From: Holophagae bacterium
GTDB lineage: Bacteria > Acidobacteriota > Thermoanaerobaculia > Thermoanaerobaculales > Sulfomarinibacteraceae
Reading direction: 5' to 3'
Length of the DNA stretch: 41,422 nucleotides
Assembly (NCBI GenBank): GCA_030618605.1
Contig: JAUXDC010000001.1
Coordinates: forward strand, 1-41,422
In this document: positions 35,901-41,422 of the stretch, piece after piece
How positions within the stretch are numbered: the first letter of the stretch is position 1
Layout of the letters: each line of letters starts with the position of its first letter
Notes under the pieces: model-generated
The model's database searches: none
The model's input: only the letters and a program-made list of their open reading frames with translations
Told to the model about the DNA's origin: nothing
Translations under genes and position numbers: made by a program

Positions 35901-36295
35901 CCTGGTCCCGCGCTACATCGGCCACGGCCTACGGACGTTACCGTCATACGCTGGCTTGGATGCGTAAGGGGAAAGGCGAAAGTAGCGCCCGGTTCACCGG
36001 AGTCGTCCCTCAATCGGGGCCGTGGGAGTTGGCGATCCACCTGCCCCACAAGCAGCGTTTCCGGATGGCCCGGAAATGGGGTGTGTGGAAACTTGCAGTA
36101 GTGCAAGGAGATCAGCGGCACGAAATCGGCTTTGACGCGGGGGAGGCACCCCGAGGCTGGAACCTGGTCGACAGTTTTGATCTGGAAGGCGGCGACGTGA
36201 CCGTTGAGTTTTCGGACGAGACGACCGGTATGATTGTCGTGGCCGATGCCGTGCGGTGGACACCGATTGCACGAACAGGCGGGGAGGTCGAATGA
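32897..36295 (+). CDS. ABC-2-type permease fused to a very large extracytoplasmic region
   Basis: ATG 32897 (GGAGG, 7 nt) overlaps the ATPase stop by 8 nt. About 6 N-terminal TM segments are followed by about 800 aa of soluble sequence. The tail GDVTVEFSDETTGMIVVADAVRWTP resembles golvesin-C-like domains (tentative). No HExxH anywhere. Confidence 0.75.
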   Translation: MRKDVVLSVMRAELRLTRRLVRYWIFLTLALLSGLVIYLYYCALHAVFSSYSGTAANIGPRFLIGAMGLYYVGFFLFGLVFMAFDVRARDVRERMVEVLDARPMTTPELMVGRFTAQLLAAWVPAWVMVALMQLLGFALPALGAPIGQPLQPTSLVMFVLLMCLPAMAFGLALTYLVTLLVRNRLIAAVVTIGALVGIIWASFKVSPVASVFLDVSGMYSVLFPSDILPGMADLAGFLQRLGYLVAASGLLALAIAVHPRQDGGSRRLRAVLGAGLMAAAVAILGAGAGLRASNIRQLDEWLAAHEARASEQRPDIIRIDATTDIEPGKAITVDAEIVISAPGESALDRVLLTLNPGLEVHEVTVDGSDISFEHSDGLLELDLRLDPGAERRVRLRYSGKPDIRFGYLDAVRTPERLPAMEAQLYILGYDRGLNDRRYVALMPAIGWLPRSGAAVEPKDGSGLGPDFFEVDLEVSVPDGWLAAGPGARHDEGLTDGRSIFRFDPGAPVDGAAVVTSVFETFAFDAEGITLELLLTPGHLRTVEDLSDARDAIKERVADRLQEFAEAGLTYPYDGFTVVEAPNALRGFGGGWRLGSVLSQPGMMLVRELGFPLARFDVPFRDESDWQDHEGGLPQAKLERLEEFFINDFSGGNLFTGAARSFGMTQCSARGPGREALDWTLDELGTLMMSGTRGYFSAHLFTPEMNSKIGQVIQGHLIGGGGGHFADSLIEVFASRPAVWKAVLDTSPVDIDPWDDPQKAIDGLSLKAGTLAQVIYDDIGFEGSAALLASLRRDFSGTTFTLDDAVAAAERQDQGLGRMIEDLLTTTNLPGLVGQQTEAYRLPDGTDGGARYQLNLVVRNDEATPGLFRVVYYVGADDDQEREESEPLRIDGQSAVRFSTVLTRPPTGVWVHPYLSLNRSSFRVPLAEVDETAVVEAEPSEGVTISEFEIADSDVVIIDDLDDGFEVSEGDGPSGLRLGAKGQDDAELDQGLPVEEFGPMPKAWSRATSATAYGRYRHTLAWMRKGKGESSARFTGVVPQSGPWELAIHLPHKQRFRMARKWGVWKLAVVQGDQRHEIGFDAGEAPRGWNLVDSFDLEGGDVTVEFSDETTGMIVVADAVRWTPIARTGGEVE

Positions 36296-36315
36296 GAAGT
36301 CGGGCCGGATTCTCC

Positions 36316-36341
36316 GATGCCACTGATCGGCCAGTGGCATC
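36316..36341 (+). terminator. Perfect 10-bp hairpin after the permease-fusion gene (no U tract)
   Basis: GATGCCACTG-ATCGGC-CAGTGGCATC, 21 nt after the stop at 36295. Confidence 0.4.
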
Positions 36342-36356
36342 GAATGTGCGAGGGAA

Positions 36357-36499
36357 GTTTCAAATTCTCAATTTCAAATTCTCAATTTTGAATTTCAGAA
36401 CGAAACGTTCTTACGCCTCTCCCTCTTTAAATAAGGGGTTAGGGGCAGGGGTGAGGAAGTCAGGGGTTTATAATTCAAAATTCAAAATTCAAAATTCAA
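36357..36499. repeat. AT-rich heptamer/14-mer tandem arrays
   Basis: TTTCAAATTCTCAA x2 is perfect (36358-36385). AATTCAA x4 is perfect (36472-36499). A G-rich core lies between them. Confidence 0.8.
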
Positions 36500-36504
36500 A
36501 ATTA

Positions 36505-37599
36505 TTGATTTCTGATCCCCCTCGTCGATTGAGGTCCACCACCGCTGCCCTGGCCACCTGCCTCTGCCTGATACTGATCGGCTGTGGGCCAGGACGAACC
36601 GATGAGCCCGTCGAGTTCAAGGTGCCGGTCACGGTCGCCGAGGTAGGAACAGGCGTTGTCGAAGACCGGATCAGAGCCACCGGATCCCTCCGTGCTTCAC
36701 AGGTTGTCACATTGACCGTCGAGAGCCGTGGAATCCTCAATCTCGCCAGAAAGGATGGGCGCCGGTTGGCCGAGGGGGACCGGGTGAGGGTCGGCCAAGT
36801 CGTTGCCGAGATCTCCGGTGAAGACGTTCGGGTGGCGGCACGGACTGCGGCGACCCGGCGACGCTTCGAGAGCGCCCAGAGCGATTTCGAGGCCACTCGC
36901 GAACTCTTTGATCAGGGTCTGATTAACGAGGCGGAACTCCGGCGGGCCGAGACGACGCTCGAGGATGCCCGCCTCGAGTATGACCGGAGTCTCCTGGTCG
37001 AGGTCCGCAACCGTCTGGTGACACCGATTGATGGGGTCATCTTGACCCTGGCCAGAGATGTCAACGGGCGGCCGATGGCGGACGGTCAGTTGGTGGCACC
37101 AGGATTCGCGGTCGCACAGATTGCACCGACCGGGGAGTTGGTCGCCGATATCGACATCGTAGGCTTGGATGTCGCCCGTATTCGTGAAGGGCTTCCTGTC
37201 AGGGTGTTGCATCACGCCTTCGGTGATCAGGAGTTCGAAGGCCGTGTCGTGCGTTTGGCACCCTCGATCAACGAACTGACCCGTGCCTTGCGGGCGGAGG
37301 TTGGCGTCGACAATTCAAGCGGTCTGTTAAGACCCGGGATGTTCGTCGAGGCGGAGGTCTTGATCGAACGCCGGGAGGGCGTTGCCGTCGTACCCCGGGA
37401 TGCCGTTGCCGACAGGGCGGGCAAACGGGTGGTCTTTGTCCTTCAGGGGCAGCGGGTCGTCCGCCGAGAGGTTGAGCTGGGTCTCGGGGATGACCGAATG
37501 GTCGAGGTTCGGTCCGGTATTGAGCAAGGCGAACGAGTCGTCGTGCGAGGCCTGGAGACCCTGACCGATGGGTCGCGGGTGCGGGTGACGGGGACGTAG
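36505..37599 (+). CDS. RND efflux periplasmic adaptor (MFP/HlyD family) lipoprotein
   Basis: Lipobox LILIGCG, then RIRATGSLRASQVVTLTVESRGIL..., ...GMFVEAEVLIERREGVAVVPRDAV.... Start is uncertain (TTG 36505 or TTG 36529). The track's start at 36256 runs through the repeat arrays and overlaps the upstream gene. Confidence 0.8.
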   Translation: MISDPPRRLRSTTAALATCLCLILIGCGPGRTDEPVEFKVPVTVAEVGTGVVEDRIRATGSLRASQVVTLTVESRGILNLARKDGRRLAEGDRVRVGQVVAEISGEDVRVAARTAATRRRFESAQSDFEATRELFDQGLINEAELRRAETTLEDARLEYDRSLLVEVRNRLVTPIDGVILTLARDVNGRPMADGQLVAPGFAVAQIAPTGELVADIDIVGLDVARIREGLPVRVLHHAFGDQEFEGRVVRLAPSINELTRALRAEVGVDNSSGLLRPGMFVEAEVLIERREGVAVVPRDAVADRAGKRVVFVLQGQRVVRREVELGLGDDRMVEVRSGIEQGERVVVRGLETLTDGSRVRVTGT

Positions 37600-37846
37600 G
37601 CTGGGATGCTAGGACGCTGGGACGCTAGGATGCTAGGACGCTGGGACGCTAGGATGCTGGGACGCTGGGATGCTGGAAGGCAAGACATAAGAGGGCACCG
37701 CTGCGGATCTGGAGATCCACGCCCCACGAGCACGTCCTGTGTCCGGGGCGAGCGAAAAACCTATTGTCCCTTCTTTTCGATCTGGACGAAAAAGGTAACT
37801 CCTTGCCTCCTGGTTTCCGGGCTTCCTAGCCTTCCAGCCTCCCAGC
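37600..37846. repeat. GCTGGGAY/GCTAGGAY octamer array (x10) with inverted 5-unit partner
   Basis: Ten contiguous octamers at 37600-37679. Reverse-complement units (CTCCTGGT TTCCGGGC TTCCTAGC CTTCCAGC CTCCCAGC) at 37807-37846. Lies between convergent genes. Confidence 0.85.
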
Positions 37847-37851
37847 GTTTT

Positions 37852-39210
37852 TCAGTCCGGGTGCGCCCAGTCATGCTCGGGATCAATGGTGACGGTGCAG
37901 TGATCCCGCAGCCCGAGTTCGTCGATGAGAGGTTGGTCCGCAAGCAAGACTGCGATGGCCGCATAATGTCCGCCTTGACGGAACATCGGTGCAGCCGTGG
38001 TGATTGCGATGACCAAAACTACCGTTGCAACGGCCCACATCGCCAGAACTCTTTTGGTTGCCGTACGTCGTCGGGTCCTCAAGAGGGCTTCGAGCGGGAC
38101 CACGACAGTCAGAGCGATCGTCGCCATCAAAATCTGGGTCTGCCAGTACATTATCGTTGTCGGAGAGGCTGCGAAGGACAGGGCCGCGGTGCAGCAGGCC
38201 ACAGACAGGTAGCCCTTGAGCCAGCCGCGGAGGGGGCCATCGGCCTCCTGCGACCACGGACGGCGCCGGCGTGCCTTGCGGAAGAGACGGGCGACGGCCC
38301 AGATCGGCACCAGGACACTCAGATGAGCGACCCCGGCCAGGAGGGTCATTGGAGGCAGCAGCCAGTGATCGACGCCTGCGCCGAAGACTGGTGTGAAGTC
38401 GAAAGCCGTCAAACGGGACGGCAGGGAGAGCGATGCCATTCTCAGGGTGTAGCCCAGGCCTCGGGCCATCGGATAGATCAGAGCCAGACCTCGGAAGGGG
38501 AAACCGGCCCCGGCCGGCGCCAGGCTGGGATCGGCGGCGATGGCATGGATCCAGGGGATGAGCGACAGCAGGGTCGCGCACGTCGCTGCTGCCAAGGCGC
38601 TCCAGTGGACCTTGATCAATCGTGTGGCAAAAAGGGCAATCGAGATCAGTGCGAGCAAGGCTGCAGAAGAATGGAGTTGGGCGCCCAGTCCAATCACCAG
38701 GACGTGGGCGAAGGTCGCCAATGCGACGGGTTTTCGTCTCATGTGGATGGCGGTCGCCAGGTGAAGCAAACCCATCGGCAAGGCGTAGTTCGGGGGCCAG
38801 ATGAAGGACGAGAAGGCCATTCGCCAGGGACCCAGCCACAGGAGAAGGAGCAACAGCCATCGGCCCCGAGACCCCAGGGCCGGTCGGATCGAGCGTTCGA
38901 GGAAGAGGAAGGCCGCCATGTTGATGACGACCATCGACAGGGCCAAAGCCCGGAAGTCCCACCAGATCATAAGCGGCACCGCAGAGAAAAGAGTGATCAG
39001 GCTCCCTGGCGAGAATCCACCGGCCGAGGTCGGCATTCCATGTGGCAGGAGGACATCCTGGGTGATCCACCACCAGCCGAATCGCAATTGGTTGACCTGG
39101 TCCGCTTCGACCTGGGATCTGAGGGCCATCACGATCGACACGGCCAAACCCAGGCCGAAGATCGACCAATACAATACGGTACGGGAGGGTGAGCGGAATG
39201 CAGAGTTCAT
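37852..39210 (-). CDS. Polytopic integral membrane protein, function unknown
   Basis: 452 aa with at least 10 hydrophobic segments (e.g. LLLLLLWLGPWRMAFSSFIWPP, ALLALISIALFATRLI). I recognised no catalytic motif. Confidence 0.65.
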   Translation of the reverse strand: MNSAFRSPSRTVLYWSIFGLGLAVSIVMALRSQVEADQVNQLRFGWWWITQDVLLPHGMPTSAGGFSPGSLITLFSAVPLMIWWDFRALALSMVVINMAAFLFLERSIRPALGSRGRWLLLLLLWLGPWRMAFSSFIWPPNYALPMGLLHLATAIHMRRKPVALATFAHVLVIGLGAQLHSSAALLALISIALFATRLIKVHWSALAAATCATLLSLIPWIHAIAADPSLAPAGAGFPFRGLALIYPMARGLGYTLRMASLSLPSRLTAFDFTPVFGAGVDHWLLPPMTLLAGVAHLSVLVPIWAVARLFRKARRRRPWSQEADGPLRGWLKGYLSVACCTAALSFAASPTTIMYWQTQILMATIALTVVVPLEALLRTRRRTATKRVLAMWAVATVVLVIAITTAAPMFRQGGHYAAIAVLLADQPLIDELGLRDHCTVTIDPEHDWAHPD

Positions 39211-39295
39211 GGGGTCCCGATCGTCACCAGAGTCGACTGGAATGTACCATGACGAATCCGCCGGCGCCGGGGGTGCGGAGTGTTCGAAAAATCCC

Positions 39296-39514
39296 AGGAG
39301 GGGGAGAATTCAACGCAAAGGCGCAAAAACGCAGAGGACACAGGAACGTGTGGAAACCGAGGGGTTTTCTCCCTCTCTCCCTCTCTCCCCCTCTCCCCCT
39401 CCAAGAAGCGGGGAGCAGGGATCAGCGAACAGGGATCAGGCGCGAATATCTGCCTCTCTCATGTTTTTTGTTATCTCCCTTTTTGTGCCTTTTTGCGTCC
39501 CTGCGTCTCTGCGT
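39296..39514. repeat. Nested inverted word arrays with a 38-nt polypyrimidine tract
   Basis: ACGCAAAG GCGCAAAA ACGCAGAG (39313-39336) faces TTGTGCCT TTTTGCGT CCCTGCGT CTCTGCGT (39483-39514). AGGAGGGGGAGA (39296-39307) faces TCTCCCCCTCC (39392-39402). Pure pyrimidine run 39365-39402. CAGGGAT words 39412-39440. Confidence 0.8.
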
Positions 39515-39547
39515 TAATTTTTATTCTTCCGGCCGAGGGACCGCCTG

Positions 39548-41422
39548 ATGGAGGGCCTGACACGGCTGGCGGTCCGGAGGCCAGTTGCAGTTGTTGTCGT
39601 GGCTCTTGCCGTCGTTCTGATCGGTCAGGTGGCATGGCGGCAATTGCCGATTGACCTGTTGCCGGACCTCCAGAGTCCGACGATCCTGGTGTCGGTTCGG
39701 TCCGGCGATCGGCCGCCGTTGGAGATGGAGCGCCTGTTCGGCGAACAGGTCGAACAGCGCCTGTTCACTGTGGCGGGTATCAGGGCGGTGGAACAGGTCG
39801 CGCGGACGGGTCGGCTGGTGACCCGGGTGACCTTCGAGTGGGGATCGAACATGGATTTGGCGGTCGTCGAGGTGCAGAAGGTCCTCGGGCCGATTGAGGC
39901 TGATCCTGAGGTTGGTGAGGTCATCGTTCGTCGTTTCGACCCTCGGCAATTGCCGGTTCTGGCAATGGGCCTGGTGGCACCCTCGGGTCGGCCGGATCTC
40001 GCTGAACTCAAGAGAATAGCCCGGCGGCAATTGGCCCCGACGCTGGAACAATTGGACGGTGTTGCGCAGGTAAGGGTGATCGGCGGGCGGGACCGCGAGG
40101 TGCAAGTGCGCCTCGACCGCCACCGTCTCGAAGCCTTCGGTGTGACGCTGCGGGAAGTCGAATCCCGGCTACAGGCGGCCAACCTCGATGTCAACGCGGG
40201 CACGCTCGAAGAGGGAGATCGGGTTTACCTGGTGCGGGGTCTTGCACGGTTCACCAGTTCAGAGGACGTCGGCAGGGTAGTCGTTCGTTTTGTCGGGGAT
40301 GCTGCGGGCAGAATGGTTCCGCTTCGAGTTGCCGACTTGGGCGAAGTTGTTCTGGCAGATGCCGAGATTGAAAGCCTGGTCCTCCTTGACGGTATTGAGG
40401 GTGTGGGTCTCGAGGTCTACAAGGAGGCCGGCGCCAACACCGTCAGGGTTTCGCGGTCCGTTCGAGAGTCCTTGGCCGATATTGGTGCGGACCTGCCGGG
40501 TATTGAGGTTCGCCTGGTCGGGGACGAGGCTGCTCTGGTGGAAGGTGCGATAACGGACGTCAAGGGCGCCGCCCTGATCGGCATCGCGTTGGCCGTACTG
40601 GTACTGGTGATCTTCCTCCGTTCGGTCGGTCCGACGCTGGTCGTCGCGACGGCGGTGCCGGTGTCCTTGCTGGCTTCGGTGCTCTTGATGAGTTTTGCCG
40701 GCCGTAGCCTCAATCTGATGACCCTGGGAGGACTGGCCCTCGGCGCCGGGATGCTGGTGGACAATGCCATTGTTGTTGTCGAGAGTATTTTCAGGCGACG
40801 TGCCCAGGGGGATGACCCAGCCACCGCGGCAGCTTCGGGCACAGCGAGGGTGGCCGGCGCCATCGCAGCCTCGACCCTGACGACCTGCGTGGTCTTTCTG
40901 CCTGTCCTCTTTGTCCGTGGTCTGGCGGCCCGGTTGGTTTCGGGGTTGGCCTTCACTGTGGTCGCATCCCTGCTGGCCTCGCTGGTTGTTGCGGTGTTCC
41001 TGATTCCTGCGCTGGCCGGATGGCTTCTGCCTCGCGGTCGATTCAAGGCGTTGGATCCGGGACGCGAGAGCATTGAGCGCCTGGTCGGGGCCTTGCTTGA
41101 AAGGCCGGGAACTGTCGTCGCTACGGCCCTGATCGCCGTGGTCCTTGCGCTTTTCGGCCTGGCCCAACTTGGTACTGAACTCCTGCCCCCGACTGATCCG
41201 CAACAGATCAGTCTTCGTCTGGTTGGTCCCCCGGGCCAGCGGGTGACAAGCTCGGCCCGGATGGCCGAGACCGTTGAGGCCATCATCAGGGAGGCGGCCG
41301 GAGACGACGTTGAGGCGGTCCTGGCTGAGGTCGGTCGCATTCCCGAGGACGACCGGTTCATTCGTGAGGAGCAAGCGGAAGAAAACACCGCGCGCCTGAG
41401 GATTCGGTTGGCCGCCGAGGGT
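39548..41422 (+). CDS. RND efflux transporter permease (AcrB/CzcA superfamily), 3' end outside window
   Basis: My own translation: MEGLTRLAVRRPVAVVVVALAVVLIGQVAWRQLPIDLLPDLQSPTILVSV...LGGLALGAGMLVDNAIVVVESIF... It is open for 625 codons to the window end. It is not in the supplied track, which lists only antisense ORFs here. Confidence 0.9.
   Translation, partial: MEGLTRLAVRRPVAVVVVALAVVLIGQVAWRQLPIDLLPDLQSPTILVSVRSGDRPPLEMERLFGEQVEQRLFTVAGIRAVEQVARTGRLVTRVTFEWGSNMDLAVVEVQKVLGPIEADPEVGEVIVRRFDPRQLPVLAMGLVAPSGRPDLAELKRIARRQLAPTLEQLDGVAQVRVIGGRDREVQVRLDRHRLEAFGVTLREVESRLQAANLDVNAGTLEEGDRVYLVRGLARFTSSEDVGRVVVRFVGDAAGRMVPLRVADLGEVVLADAEIESLVLLDGIEGVGLEVYKEAGANTVRVSRSVRESLADIGADLPGIEVRLVGDEAALVEGAITDVKGAALIGIALAVLVLVIFLRSVGPTLVVATAVPVSLLASVLLMSFAGRSLNLMTLGGLALGAGMLVDNAIVVVESIFRRRAQGDDPATAAASGTARVAGAIAASTLTTCVVFLPVLFVRGLAARLVSGLAFTVVASLLASLVVAVFLIPALAGWLLPRGRFKALDPGRESIERLVGALLERPGTVVATALIAVVLALFGLAQLGTELLPPTDPQQISLRLVGPPGQRVTSSARMAETVEAIIREAAGDDVEAVLAEVGRIPEDDRFIREEQAEENTARLRIRLAAEG

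Noticed and set aside
36256-36504. Track start for the adaptor gene at 36256
   Set aside because: That start would overlap the upstream gene and translate through the AT-rich tandem arrays. The lipoprotein signal begins only around 36505-36529.
37600-37679. CRISPR array
   Set aside because: The periodicity is 8 nt with no unique spacers and no cas genes. The same holds for all other word arrays in the window.
37606-39192. 528-aa plus ORF, and 428-aa minus ORF 37883..39169
   Set aside because: Both overlap the hydrophobic 452-aa membrane-protein frame. Their translations are R/G/D/Q/H-rich or R/P/G-rich with no TM or domain features. The plus ORF also starts inside the octamer array (MLGRWDARMLGRWDAR...).
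40259-41374. 371-aa and 323-aa minus-strand ORFs (also 39521..40123 and 39625..40203)
   Set aside because: They are antisense to the RND pump gene, which I translated on the plus strand from 39548. They are low-complexity R/Q/G/S-rich sequences.
1-41422. tRNA, rRNA, tmRNA, IS elements, integrases, prophage genes
   Set aside because: Intergenic regions were scanned by eye for T-loop-like GGTTCGAATCC motifs and the ORF list was scanned for DDE or tyrosine-recombinase signatures. None were found. Small ncRNAs cannot be excluded without covariance models.

Overview
41.4-kb, roughly 60% GC bacterial chromosomal segment. I recognised no rRNA, tRNA, CRISPR array, transposase or integrase. Gene content (DUF1573, DUF503, VWA-like and TPR exported proteins) hints at an Acidobacteriota-like organism, but that is inference only. 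Layout: (i) 0-10 kb: TPR + OmpA-like pair, TGS/uridine-kinase-like gene, nth, fbaB, yjbQ coupled to a class-V aminotransferase, and a long acyl-CoA dehydrogenase with a FadR-like palindrome. (ii) 10.3-21.1 kb, minus strand: rimP-nusA-infB-DUF503-rbfA-nrnA-truB-(decayed higB-like toxin)-rpsO-pnp. (iii) 21-28.6 kb: metal permease-HMA fusion, orphan receiver, prolyl oligopeptidase, exported VWA-like protein, tryptophanase. (iv) 28.7-41.4 kb: exported protein, DUF1573 protein, ABC ATPase + 1132-aa permease fusion, RND adaptor, opposite-strand polytopic membrane protein, and an RND pump gene (39548 to window end). The pump gene is absent from the supplied ORF track because it runs off the window. 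Two observations stand out. First, an in-frame TGA sits exactly at the first Cys of the DUF1573 SCGCT motif and is followed by a SECIS-like hairpin, making this a candidate selenoprotein. Second, at least ten intergenic spacers carry locus-specific 7- or 8-nt tandem word arrays, mostly arranged as inverted arms. All functional calls rest on my own recognition of motifs in the translated ORFs; no database search or folding program was available.
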